64,000 bases of DNA, taken from Ostrea edulis (taxonomy: Eukaryota). The notes beneath the pieces are model-generated. The model was not told where the DNA came from. It was given only the letters and a program-made list of their open reading frames with translations, and searched no databases. The position numbers and the translations under genes are program-made. Positions 11,973 to 26,800 of the stretch are shown piece by piece. The stretch is from contig NC_079164.1 of the NCBI RefSeq assembly GCF_947568905.1, positions 107,818,001 to 107,882,000 on the forward strand, read 5' to 3'. Every line of letters begins with the position of its first letter. Position 1 is the first letter of the stretch.

Positions 11973-14900
11973 CTGCCAAAACATAAGATGCTGATGTCAC
12001 TACTGTAAAACATAAGATGCTGATGTCACTACTGTAAAACAAACACGAGTACCACAAACGGTACAACACACGCCTGTTAGACCTTTAGTGCAATATCCAG
12101 AAAACTATTTGACCTTCTTTTAGCCCAAAAGTAGGTCATGGTGCACCAATCAAGTTGAGATGGGAACTGATAATGTACTTCTTTGAGAGGGAGGCTATGA
12201 CAAAATTTCAGGTACAATACCTGTATTCATAACGAAAAATAAATCTGGAAAACTGACCTAATTTTACCCTCTGAGAGGAAGCTTGTGACTAAATTTCAGG
12301 GCAATATCTGTATCCATAACAAAAGCAAAGTTTTTCTTTTAAGTGATACTGTGACCTTGCAAAAAATGTCTGTTGGACCTTCAGTACAAAATCTGTATCC
12401 ATGATAAGGAAAAGTTCAGAACACTATCTGACCTACTTTTAGCCCTAAAGTAGGTCACAGTGTACCAATCAAGTTGAAATGTGAACTGATAATGTATTTT
12501 TCTGAGAAGGAGTTTGTGACTGACAAAATTTCAGGGCAATATCTGTATTCATAACGAAATATAATCTAGAAAACTATTTGACCTACATTTACTCCTAAAA
12601 TAGGTCATATAGCACCAATCCAGCTGAAAGCAAACTGAACTTACATTCCTTCAAGGGGAAGCTTGTGAGTAAATTTCATGGCAATATCTGTATCTGTAAT
12701 GAATACAATGTTTTTCTACTAAACAATACTACAACCTTGACCTTGAGAAACGATAGACATCCTCCGCTTGGCATAAGGTGTATGTGTACCAAGGTCAACG
12801 TTCCTAGCCCCAATAATTTGGTCTGTATTCTGCCTACAAAGTTTTCTTAATATGTTTTACAGTGTGACCGTTGAGATGAGTGAAGACACATAATATCTTG
12901 CAGTGTAAACAGTGCATTGTGATGTCATATTAGCTGTGATATTTTCCCCCCCCTTTTCTTTCAAACTAATCAACAAAACATATGAGGGTATTAGAAAGCT
13001 TGTCTGGAATCTAAAAATGTTTATGGTACTTAACAAACTTTTTGTTTTATCTACTATGGGGTTGGCAATGAAGTATACTGCAGTGACGGCAACATTTTTC
13101 CGGAAGCATTATGGGTAGTCCCCATCATTTTTCAGCTGATGAAGAGCAAACCATGTGACTTAATTGTGTAATCATTGGAGCTTCGCTTCACTTGCTATTA
13201 ACTGATACTACAACCTTGAAAAACAATAGGCATATTCCTCTTATCATGGTGATTAATTGTATGAAGTTGTAAGATCCTGGAGCTTATGGTTTGGTCTGTA
13301 TCCTGCCTTCAAGGTTTTCCTACTAAGTGATACTACAACCTTGACCTTTGGCCTTGAGAAACAATAGGCATCTTCCTCTCATGATGGTGATCAAATGTAC
13401 CAAGTTGTAAGATTCTGGAGCTTACGGTTAATGTTGTATTTTGCCTACAAGGTCTGAGAGAGCTGAACAGACAGATGGATGATGCCATACCATAACACGT
13501 TCCGTCTTTGACGGGCGTATAAAACCCATATATATATAACAGTTTCGAAGTAACCCACTTTGTTGCTGTGGATCATTAACTTCCATTATGTGCAATGTCT
13601 AAAGATTGACTCGCCTCAGGAAAGGCACTTTATATGAGCAGGGTTCACAAAGGTGATTCACGAATATTTACATATACCAATTTTGGCCCAATGTCAAATG
13701 TATCACATTTAACATGGGTAGTGACTTTTCCTTTGTCAAGCACCTGTTATTAGAAGCGAAAGTCATGGGTCTTTTTGATATGACCTTACTGCTACGGTTC
13801 CAAGTTCCATCCATGGGTCAAACTTTGGGGCTTTGTATCGGAGTGAACAATCATCAAATGGAATATTAAACAACAAACAAACAAACACAAACAAACAAAG
13901 ACAAACAAACGATAGAAAAATTGTTGATAAAAGGAAGTCAAATGAAACAATCAAATTGTATTTCACTAGTAAAATCAAATAACTGTGAAATCATTTAAAT
14001 TTGTAGGCGCAAATTTTCTTGGATTGTTGAGACTTCATAATTTCATCGAGATGTGATCTTGAGGATATGGTTTCTGTACTGTTACATTACACATACATGT
14101 ATAAATTGTGTATTTTGCTGAGGTTTGGAATTGTTACATTAAACATACATGTATAAATTGTGTATTTTGCTGAGGTTTGGAATTGTTACATTAAACATAC
14201 AACTATCTATTTTGTATTGCTTGTAGGAGTTATGAGATTAATCACTGTTCGTTATCTTCACCTGACATGTATAAATTGTGTATTTTGCTGTGGTTTGGAA
14301 TTTCTGGGATAGGGGAATCCATGAAATTTTATCCCCCACAGTGTAAGAAAATAAAAGTTGGGTTACAAATAAAAATTCTGCCCCATTATTTCATCTTGTC
14401 TTTGATGTATTCACAACAGATATGGAGCCACATGTACCTGCATTTGGACCTGGATATCTTGTTTCTGTTTCTGGAGATCAGCTATGGCAACCTCTAATTC
14501 CTGGATCTGACACTCCCTGTAATCCAATGTCTCCTGCACTGTTGCTAGAGTTTCCTATAGTGCAAAGGATATCAAAGGTCTGAAGTTATTTCATATCCCG
14601 TTCTAACTTGTCATTTTCAATTCGCGTTTAACATGTACATCTAACTTATAACTCACTCATTATTTGAGAACATTAACGTGTACTTCTGTAAATTTGTATC
14701 ATCCACGTGTATTCCTAAACAAACCCGAACATTACCTGCAAGTTCTGTTTTTCTTCCACAATCTCTTCATTTATTTTCTGTATTTTTTCAGTTTCCAGAC
14801 CAAGAGCTCCAAGCTGTAATATCAAATTACCCACTGTAATACAACTCACTCCTATGTAAAATGCATTAAAGAATTTCCAGACAAACATATAGACCAAAAA

Positions 14901-16393
14901 CTACTTTATATGCCCCCCAATCTCTGATTAAGGTGGAATAAAATGACTATAAATTTGTACCTTATCTTTGAACTCTCCCACCTGACTCCGGAGAGTATTT
15001 TCCTGAGACTTGTACATCGTCTTGTAATCTTCCAATTCCTTCTCAGTTTGTTGAAGAATTATTTTTAGATCCTTATTTTCACTTTCAAAGGCTAGAGAAC
15101 AGAACAGAATATATAATGACTGTTTATATGTTATTTCCACTATTTGCATTCACCTCATCAAGAAGTTTAACATAAAACACGAGGCCCACGGGCCTTATTG
15201 GTCAGTAATGGTTATAAGTATCCCTAGCCCCAGAGGGCTATGAATTCAATATATAATATTTTCCTGTTCTGTATATTTAAGCTAAATTGTAATATTCAGC
15301 AGCAGTATAAAACAAGATGTGTTCTTTTAAAACACACAAAATGCCCCCGAAAGTGCCCTTACTGATGAAAGACTTTACATAATATATTATATGGTTATCA
15401 ACACTAGATGACTATTTTGGACCTGCCTTAGACTCAGAACCTTGGGATTGCAAATAAAATTAATAGTCTTTCAAATAATAAAGACATTTAATCACTATGA
15501 CCATTTTAGTCCCACCCTGGTACCAAAACCTCTAACCCCTGGGATCAAGAAATTTATAAAATTTGGCAAATTATTTTCTATTCCTTTTAAATATCCACTT
15601 AGTTTCAATTTAATATCAATAGCATTTAAAGATGTTATCTAAATGTTTTATACATCAACACTGCATGCCAAGTTTGGTTTGGAGTCAGTGCCTCTCCCCC
15701 GGGGATCATGAATTACAATGTTGGTAGAGGCCTTGCTGCTCTAGATGACTATGCATTTAGTTTTTCTTGCAGTTGCATAGAAGAAAATGTTTGAACATTG
15801 ATAAATTTTTTGGCAGTTTTTGCCCCTACCCATGAAGCCTTGGGCGTGCAGGAGTCCTGAAATTATGCCCCTTTTGTCCCAAAAATGCTTCATACCAAAT
15901 TTGAAAATAATTAGAAGGGTAGTAATTAGAAATGTTCAATTGTTAATAGTCAACGTTGGATGCAGACCAATAGCAATAAGTCACATGAGTGACTCAGGTG
16001 ACCTAAAAACTGTCAGCATATTTTATAATCATAATTAACAAACATATTTTCCCAGTGAATCCAAAGACATTTATTTATACACGTTTTCCATTATTGTATT
16101 CAATATTTCATATCTAATAAATGGATTGATCACTGTTCATTATCTTCACCTTTCATGTTGTGATTCTTGTAATTATGTTCATCAAATAAAAATATTTTAT
16201 CCACCATAGGGATTTACACAATCTTGATTACTGCTTGCTTGACTTCACCTTGAATACTGCATTGAAGTCTAAAGGAAGCACATGTTTCATTAAATCATTC
16301 TTAAAAGAAATCACATTTTCATACAAATCTTTTGGTAAAAAGTTATGTAAACTTTCTTTTTGTATAAGTATGAAAAAAAATTACTTATTAATA

Positions 16394-16438
<45 letters not shown>

Positions 16439-17435
16439 AATTAGATTTTCTAATTTTCATCAAGTGTGGGTAACTCTTCCAACATTGGTTCCAGTGCAAA
16501 CGGATCTGCTTCTAATCATTTACCAGTCATGTTAATCTGATGTACTTTCCTTTTAATCATTATTCAACAACAGAAATTTATCATGATTTAAATTGTTCAA
16601 TTTCCTTCCATAATATATAGACTCCCGTAAGTCCAGTTTCAATAAATGTAAAACTTGTCCAGCACTCCATTAGAGCCCGGCTAGCTTACTCAGAGATTTA
16701 ATGTTTTCCTCTTCCAATTCTTGACTGAGTTTTTTGGAGAGTTTATTCAGTTTCTCTGTGGTTTCACTTACAGAAGACCTCTCTCTTTCCAGGATCTACA
16801 AAAATCAAAAACACAGCATAACACTAACACAGGTCCTCAACAGAAATCATTTACAGCACATGTATATTACATATATATACACCTTGGTTTTTCTTGTTTA
16901 CTGTTATCATTACTAACATAACTCTTATTGACTTTTTAAAACAAATTTGTTAACCTCTGTGAGTTTGGCATTCTGGTGATCCACTTTAGAAATATGTTGA
17001 CGTAGCTGTACAGTTTCCGTTTCCATGTCCACAATACGCTGATTCAAAGAGCTGTTCTGATCCTGTAAAAAAAAAATTAAAAGAAATTTACAGTAACGCA
17101 ATAAAAAACAAGATGTGTTTGTGAAACACAAATGGCCCCCGATAATGGGCAATTCTAAACATGGCCAATGTCACAAGGACAAATATCTTGGTATCAGTAG
17201 AAAGATCTTGTCACAAAAAATGTTCACGTGCAATATGAAAGCTCTAATATAAATTTACCATTAAGAAGTTATGACGAACATCAATTTTTTTTTAAAGTAG
17301 GTCTAACTCAAGGTCAAGGTCACAGGGTCAAACATTTTGGTACCCATGGAAAGATCTGTCACAACAAATACTCATGTGAAATAGCAAAGCTCTAGAACTT
17401 ACTGTTCAATACTTATTAGCAAGGTTAAAGTTTTC

Positions 17436-17470
<35 letters not shown>

Positions 17471-17652
17471 TGTTAAAAATGTTGGTTCCCACGGAAAGGT
17501 CTTGTCACAAGGAATGCTCATGAGAAATATCAAAGCTCTAGAACTTACTGTTCAAAAGTTATTGGCAAGGTTAGTTTTCAAAAAGTAGATTAAACTCCAA
17601 GGTCAAGGTCACATGGTCAAAGATTTTAGTACCCACGGAAAGGTCTTGTCAC

Positions 17653-17684
<32 letters not shown>

Positions 17685-17708
17685 GTTCAAAAGTAATTAG
17701 CAAGGTTA

Positions 17709-17740
<32 letters not shown>

Positions 17741-17783
17741 CAAAGGGTAAAAAATATTGCTACCCACGAAAAGGTCTTGTCAC

Positions 17784-17820
<37 letters not shown>

Positions 17821-20800
17821 TACTGTTCAAAAGTTATCAGCAAGGTTAAAGATTCAGACAGAATGACAGAAAGAACTGAAACAATATGCCCCCCCATCCT
17901 TTAAAAAAACCCAAAAAGAAGACAACTGGAAGCGTACTTCTACTTAGTCTATCCCTTTGGTTCAAAAAATATAACCAACGCTAAAGTATTGGAAAAGTAG
18001 GTCAAAGTCCAAGGCCACTAGGTCAAAAGTCTTGGTACCAAATGAGGCATCAATAAGAAGAATATCTAATCCCTATCTCCCTGGGTTCAAAATATGTACA
18101 TGTAGGAGCCAAAGTTAAAGATTTTGTAAAGTAGGTCAAAGTCCAAGGTCAAGAGTCTTAGTATCAATGAAAGGTGTGGTCATGAGGTAATTATATGTGA
18201 AATATCAAAGCCCTATTATACAGGTGACATATCATATCAATCCAGCAAAAAATGTGGCCTGTAGTGTCTACAAATTTTTCCTATGCAGTCCCATAGTAAC
18301 CTTAAATTTTGACCTTTTGATCTCAAAATCAATAAGGTTCTCTACTTCTCTTGATAACAAACCTAAATGTGAAATACCTTATCAAATGAGTAGAACGTGT
18401 GGCCTCTAAATTGTCCATCAAATTGTGGGACAAATCCACAAGTACATCATGTCTTTAATATGATGTAAAATGACTCCAGCTAATGTAGACAAACCTGAAG
18501 TTGCTTGATCTCTTCAATCAGCCCTGCATGGTGCTCCTCAGTCATAACCTCTGGCTCACACTGCTCAAATATTCCTTCATTCTCCTCAAATGGAATGGTG
18601 TCATTCAGGATGGGGGTACTGCTGTTGGAGTAGGGGGCACATATTTCTCTGTTCCTCAACTTCTTCACCACTTTTTTAGGTGTAGTAATTGTCTGAAAAA
18701 TACAATACACGCATATCAAATATTTTCAATGCATGTACTGTACATGTACTTTTTCTAAATACATCTTTAAAAACATCAAATTAATTTCTTTGTTGCATTA
18801 ATAATAAAGAATTGGATCCATTGTCATACAGATTTGATGTTCATTTGGATCTGTAACACAGTTAAACCCAGAAATCCAACATCACAAAAGCTGTGACATT
18901 TATTAGGGAGTTGACCGACCAACTGCTGAAACAAATCAACAAGCAAATAAATATCACAGCATTTCCAGGGGTAATAAATTTCTGTTTTTTACCCTGCTTC
19001 TCTAAAATATACAAAATAATTTACCTTGACAACTTGTAGATGTCTCTCCTTTATGACATCGTGCTCCACTTGAGTTCGGATCTGATATGATTCGAGGACA
19101 AACTTGAGATCAGCGTAAGCCTTCCTCACGGAGGCGAGTTCCGACTGCTGCTCCATGTCTTTCTTTTCCCATACATCTTGGGTCTGTTTCATCTTTTCTT
19201 TTAACTAAATAAGCAAATCAAAAGTAAATTTTTAAACTGAAACAAAAAGGAAAAAAGAATGGCTATATAAAATTATCATTAATCTTGTATTCAATTTACA
19301 TGTACAAAATGCAATACAGTAAATCATCCTATTGATTCAATATGGGTAAATAAACATGTGGACAGTGTATAAAATGTACACTGCACAAAATACCTCCTCA
19401 TTTTCCTCCGTCAATTTCTCCAATTGCGACTTGTACTTTTCAACTGTTGCCTTGGATACGTTTTCTGCAGCTGATGGAGTGTGCTTCGGAGTTCCAATAT
19501 TACCTTCTCCTAAAACAGTGGAAAATAATCACATACATTACTGGTGCATCCAATAAAACACAACACTCTGTACAAATCCAATAGTTACATAAAACTTACC
19601 TCAATGCTTCCCAGCAAGTTATAAAGGCTGTATGTTTATAATTGTAAATATACATTCTGTCATTCGTCAATTCGTTTTCTTTTGATATCAAGGAGTTTTA
19701 TTTTGTTCCAATAATGACCATTTTAATCAAACACCCAGTGGACTGGGTCACTTTCCTTTTCCAGTGAGAATTCTATCGGTCTAATCCTATCGGTCACCTT
19801 TTTGTTCCTCCACCAGCTGTTTGTACAACTGCTCTAACTGCTCCATCTTCCTGTTGTCGACTTCATGCGAGTCGGTTCTCTGAGATCGGAGTTGTTTTAG
19901 CTCATTTTTCAGGTGCTGAATGTCTGCTACATACTTTGACACATGTGGGTTGTGCTCTATTTGATATTTCAAGGTGTCTATTTCTCCTCTCAAGTCCTCC
20001 TGTTACATGAAGAGATCATGGGTATGTGACAATATATAGTGCAACTCATTTAGTATGAACACAGATAAAAATGTTTACTCGGTATACACATACAAACATG
20101 AATACCAAGGATAACCCACGAAAGCTTATTTCCAATGGGTTCCTTTGATGCACGGATGTTTGCGCTAAGGAGTCATTTATGTGGGAGGAAACCGCAGTAC
20201 CCGTAGGAAACCCACGTGTCCGAGTAGGCGACCACCATACCCTCTCACATACAACCACTGACGATCACGGGGATCAAACTCGAGTCGCAGCAGTGAGAAG
20301 TGAGAGTGATACCTCTGTGCTACCCGGACACCCTCTGCACAACCAAATATAGCAAATTTATGGATATAACAAAAACATTTCTAAATCCCTGGCAACATTT
20401 TGCATTTACAAATGACAGTCACGCCCTGCTGAAAGTGTCAATAACTATACCGAGCAGATGTCATGTTTGTATTTCATAACACAAAGCTTATTTTGGACTT
20501 TATGAATCTATTGTTAACAATCAGGCAAGTCTTATTTAATTACATGTAGGAATGTACATGTAATTATTAAGCCAGCTGGTTGTAAAATACGAACATCACA
20601 CAATTGTAAGCTTAAACTTTTTTGGCAATGATGTCCTCAAAAGTAAAAATTTGCATTCATAATAAACGAATGCAAGTACCTGCAAGTGTTCTTTTCACCT
20701 TTCTTTCTTTCTTTTTTTTTTTATTGTTCTTTGTGGTTATAATCAATTTCATTCTATGAACAAAGATGAATATACAGTGGGTTATTTGTTATTTATTACT

Positions 20801-23800
20801 TTGGAATCGCCCTTTTCAAACAGAATATATTCTAAATTGTAGAAATACAACAAATTATGGATATATTGTAAACAACAGGATCCCAAGGATTTGTTATAAA
20901 AGAGTTTTAATATATTTTCCCCTTTGATGAGAGGAATTTTCTCCATTTCCTCTTTTTAATCAGAGAGGTATTGCAGATCATTTTCAATCAAGATTTCATA
21001 TTTCAAAACAAAATCCTACACATACATGTGTATATGATCCATTTAAAAAAAAAGCAAATCAAATAAATATAATCACAAAAATTTACATTTATGAACACAA
21101 TACTCTCTAAGTGTCCTGACTTAAACAATATCTAATATGCCTTTACTTAAACATGATAGCCATCAATTACTACAGTGTATTGTTAAATTCTATTGAGGAG
21201 ACTCCACTTTGTTTCTTGCATCTAGCAAATTACCTACAGCTGGTGACATCTTTATATGAGTGAAAATTTTTCGATGGGAATGTAGAACCCTAAACGAACA
21301 AAACCACGAGACCCTGAACACGGCTTATCTTACAATGGTCTGATGTAAGACCGGATGAATGAATGTGGCATATCAGTGTTTTTTCCCCCTTATATAACTG
21401 GTACTGATCAATGGTACCATTCCCAATGCCAAAAAAAAAACCCCGTTGATTTTCCCCAATTTTGAGACTAAAAATTGCCAATTCACTTGCCAAAAAATAG
21501 ACCGCTCACATCGTAATTTACTTAGTCTGAAACGTTGTACGAGTTAATGTAACTAAAATGTTCACTTCCGGTATTAAATCTAATGCACAGATCATGGCAG
21601 TGCACGTGTTGTAGAGCAACAACGATTCTAGAACGAGCCTACGACGATTCCTGATGTCTCACAACAGCAAATATTACCATAAAAAATTGTTTTGTTCTTT
21701 ATTTTTTTCTCTCCTTAAGTTGAAATCATTTGCCAATACATTGGTAGAAAATTCTCAAATTTGTTCGATTTTGACGCTATTCTTCCAAATTGAATGGGTA
21801 CCAGTACCAGTGGGTAAAAAAAAAACCTGCTGCATATCTTACAATGGTCTGCTGTAAGACCGGCTGGACGTCGTGTTTGTCCTTCACGATCTTCTCTAGG
21901 CGGGAGATGTTGTTATCTCGGAACTTCACGATCATCTTACTGCTCTGTAGACACTTGTCCATCTTGTTACACAAGTCCTGAAGCTGTTCTATCCGTTGTT
22001 GTAAAATCTAACAAAATTCAAACATCAAAAGAATGCAAGTACACCGTACATTAGAATAGTGAAAATCCTAATACAATGTAGATGAAGCAAACTTGTATTT
22101 TCATGGTTTTCAATCAGTTCATTTGTGGTTACTTAAACTAAGTACAGATAATCAAGGTGAATTATTTCTGATCTATACTTTTATAATAAAAGAACACAAA
22201 TGTTAACTATGGTTTTTTTTTTATTGCACAAGTACATGTCCAGTTACATGTAGATTTGAGAGTTATGGTATAAATAGAATTTTTAATTCTGGCATTATTA
22301 GCGACAGTGTTTCTAGATCGGTATTAACCATCTTTCTTGGAATTCTAAAGTTGCTAAAATTGGCTCTTGCTAAATAAATATACCCATAATTCATGGACAA
22401 ATCACTAAATTTGCAGCTCTCTAAAAATACCACTTAAATATGGTATGGGAATTCCAGCACACATAAAAAGTAAAACATGCTTTAATATAACAAACACACT
22501 TAAAATGAATTTGCACTTAATGTGAAGTGATATTTATTCCCCATTCTCATACATGTAGTTTATTGAAGTATTTATTCCCCATTCTCTAACATGTAGTTTA
22601 TTGTAGTATTTATTCCCCATTCTCTAACATGTAGTTTATTGTAGTATTTATTCCCCATTCTCATACACATAGTTTATTGTAAGAAGTTGAAGTGTCTTTT
22701 CCTCACCTGATTTTGTTGATCAGCTTTGTCCTTAAACAGCATACACCTAACAAATCTCTCCTTCCACTCCGAGTCTGTCATAGAGCTAGGAGCTGTTGAG
22801 AAACACATTTGACAATAAACACTCAGTTAAAACAAGCATTCTGAGAGTATTGCATGGCAATACATAGTCCCCTACCGGTTACAAAAATTACTGTACCACA
22901 ACAATATTCAAAGTTCATTATGTAGGCTATGGTAAAAGGGGAAATTGGGGAACCAGGATAGCAATGGTTGGAAATCAACTACCATTCAAGTAGAGACTAG
23001 ACCAAGAAAAAAGACAAATTTATAATTAGGTTTAGGTCTTTAACCAAGTCAATAAACTGTGACATGTAGGTGATCATGAATAATTTAGCTATATTGTTGT
23101 ATTACTATGCTAGAAGTTTTAATGAGTGTAGTACTCTTATCTAAAGAGATAAGAAACTTGGATTAAAACTAACAATTCATGCTATTTGTCAAAGGGCCAT
23201 AACTTAATGAAAAATCAACGGACCGAGAGAAATTCAATCTTGATCTGTAACTTGTTATGCCAAAGCAATGTACTAAATATCAAATGAGTATCTGCAAGCA
23301 CAACCGGAAAAAGTCAGGAAAACTAATAATTCATGCTATTTTTCTAAGTCCAAGGGCCATAACTAAGTGAAAACTCAATGGACTGAGACAAAATTCGAAC
23401 TTGATCTGTAACTTCTTTTGTTATACTTTCATGTAAAATACTCGAACCTGATTGGTCGAGAAGCATTTGAAAAAACATTGTTACCCTCTGAGAACAGAAA
23501 ACACGCGACCCAGGGTGATAGTATCTAGCAACGGGTAACAGTACTTGACAACGGGTGATATTATAAAAAATTATCACATGCGTCAAATTTATGCGTGTAC
23601 GGTTCGCCGTAGATTGCTAGACGACGTCGTTTGAGCGTTTGTAATAAACGCAAGTACCCGCATCGAAATACGAAATATCGCACGACAGTGATTGATCAAA
23701 TGTCAAAAGACGTAAGTTTTTCTGCTTTCCAGTTTACATAACATTCAGTATAATAAAACAAATATTGCATGTATTTGAGGGTAACATTGAAATTTTCACC

Positions 23801-26800
23801 CCTCGAGAAACCATTGTCAACCTCGGCTACGCCTCGGTTGACAATGGTTTTCTCGGGGTGAAAATTTTCAATGTTACCCTCAAATACATGCAATATTTAT
23901 ATAATGGCAAAGCAACGTACCAAATATAAAATAAATATCTGCAAGAACAGAGAAATAAGGGGGGAAAACTGGACTGACGGACAGACAGACGGAGCACCAG
24001 CCTAAAGTCCCCTTCGACTTTGTCGGTAGGGGACTAATAAGTAGTGTTGAAAAATCGGGAAAATTTCATCGATAATCAGTCATAATCGAAAGAACTGTTT
24101 AGATCAATGATCGATATAATCGGTATTTACATGTAGTTAATAATGTTTATTATTTTTGGAGTTATTTCTATTTAGTTTCATGGATATGTGCAGTATACAC
24201 ACTAGCTGGTTTCACTGAATTCCCAATTTTCAATGTAGAGTCCACTCTGACTTTTCCCCGCACATGTCTCAATATAAAAGCGGGAATAACAGTCAGATGA
24301 ATCTCGGATTAGATATTAATTAGTGTACAAGCCACAATCGATTATGAAAAATAGAATCGATAATCGGAATCGAAGAGCCAAAAATGATCGACAATCGATT
24401 GTCGATGACAATTGTTTCATCACTACTAATAAGCTTTAAAGAATAACTAGTCTGCTATATTTTACAATCTTATACCATCAATTTTATGTATCCTTTATAC
24501 AAGTGAATCGGTACTCTTTTCTTTTTTGGAGTATTCCACTCGGATAACCTTAACTGTAACATCAGGGTAGATAACTTTACCTGTGACATCAGACTGAACA
24601 GCAAGGTAGATAGCTTTACCTGTGACATCAGACTGAACAGCAAGGTAGATAACTTTACCTGTGACATCAGACTGAACAGCAAGGTAGATAGCTTTACCTG
24701 TGACATCAGACTGAACAGCAGGGTAGATAACTTTAGCAGACTGAATAGCAGGGTAGATAACTTTACCTGTGACATCAGACTGAACAGCAGGTTAGATAAC
24801 TTTACCTGTGACATCAGACTGAACAACAGGTTAGATAACTTTACCTGTGACAGACTGAATAGCAGGGTAGATAGCTTTACCTGTGACAGACTGAACAGCA
24901 GGGTAGATAACTTTACCTGTGACAGACTGAACAGATAACTTTACCTGTGACAGACTGAACAGCAGGGTAGATAACTTTACCTGTGACAGACTGAACAGCA
25001 GGGTAGATAACTTTACCTGTGACAGACTGAACAGCAGGGTAGATAACTTTACCTGTGACATCAGACTAAACAGCAGGGTAGATAACTTTACCTGTGACAG
25101 ACTGAACAACAGGGTAGATAACTTTACCTGTGACAGACTGAACAGCAGGGTAGATAACTTTACCTGTGACATCAGACTGAACAGCAGGGTAGATAACTTT
25201 ACCTGTGACATCAGACTAAACAGCAGGGTAGATAACTTTACCTGTGACATCAGACTAAACATCAGGGTAGATAACTTTACCTGTGACAGACTGAACAGCA
25301 GGGTAGATAACTTTACCTGTGACAGACTGAACAACAGGTTAGATAACTTTACCTGTGACAGACTGAACATCGGGGTAGATAACTTTACCTGTGACATCAG
25401 ACTGAACAGCAGGGTAGATAACTTTACCTGTGACAGCAGACTGAACAGCAGGGTAGATAACTTTACCTGTGACATCAGACTGAACAGCAGGGTAGATAAC
25501 TTTACCTGTGACATCAGACTGAATAGCAGGGTAGATAACTTTACCTGTGACAGACTGAACAGCAGGGTAGATAACTTTACCTGTGACAGACTGAATAGCA
25601 GGGTAGATAACTTTACCTGTGACAGACTGAACAGCAGGGTAGATAACTTTACCTGTGACAGACTGAACAGCAGGGTAGATAACTTTACCTGTGACATCAG
25701 ACTGAACAGCAGGGTAGATAACTTTACCTGTGACATCAGACTGAACGGCAGGGTAGATAACTTTACCTGTGACAGACTGAACAGCAGGTTAGATAACTTT
25801 ACCTGTGACATCAGACTGAATAGCAGGTTAGATAACTTTACCTGTGACAGACTGAACAGCAGGTTAGATAACTTTACCTGTGACATCAGACTGAATAGCA
25901 GGGTAGATAACTTTACCTGTGACATCAGACTGAACAGCAGGGTAGATAACTTTACCTGTGACAGACTGAACAGCAGGTTAGATAACTTTACCTGTGACAT
26001 CAGACTGAATAGCAGGTTAGATAACTTTACCTGTGACAGACTGAACAGCAGGTTAGATAACTTTACCTGTGACATCAGACTGAATAGCAGGTTAGATAAC
26101 TTTACCTGTGACAGACTGAACAGCAGGTTAGATAACTTTACCTGTGACATCAGACTGAATAGCAGGGTAGATAACTTTACCTGTGACATCAGACTGAACA
26201 GCAGGGTAGATAACTTTACCTGTGACAGACTGAACAGCAGGTTAGATAACTTTACCTGTGACATCAGACTGAATAGCAGGTTAGATAACTTTACCTGTGA
26301 CAGACTGAACAGCAGGTTAGATAACTTTACCTGTGACATCAGACTGAACAGCAGGGTAGATAACTTTACCTGTGACATCAGACTGAACAGCAGGGTAGAT
26401 AACTTTACCTGTGACATCAGACTGAACATCAGGGTAGATAACTTTACCTGTGACATCAGACTGAACAGCAGGGTAGATAACTTTACCTGTGACATCAGAC
26501 TGAACAGCAGGGTAGATAACTTTACCTGTGACAGACTGAACAGCAGGGTAGATAACTTTACCTGTGACAGACTGAACAGATAACTTTACCTGTGACAGAC
26601 TGAACAGCAGGGTAGATAACTTTACCTGTGACATCAGACTGAACAGCAGGGTAGATAACTTTACCTGTGACAGACTGAACAGCAGGATAGATAACTTTAC
26701 CTGTGACAGACTGAACAGCAGGGTAGATAATTTTACCTGTGACAGCAGACTGAACAGCTGGGTAGATAACTTTACCTGTGACATCAGACTGAATAGCAGG

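Noticed and set aside
16441-16510. Protein-like stretch [20 protein letters not shown] on the minus strand
   Set aside because: It ends in a stop with no donor, and the flanking KIF15 exons already join in phase without it.
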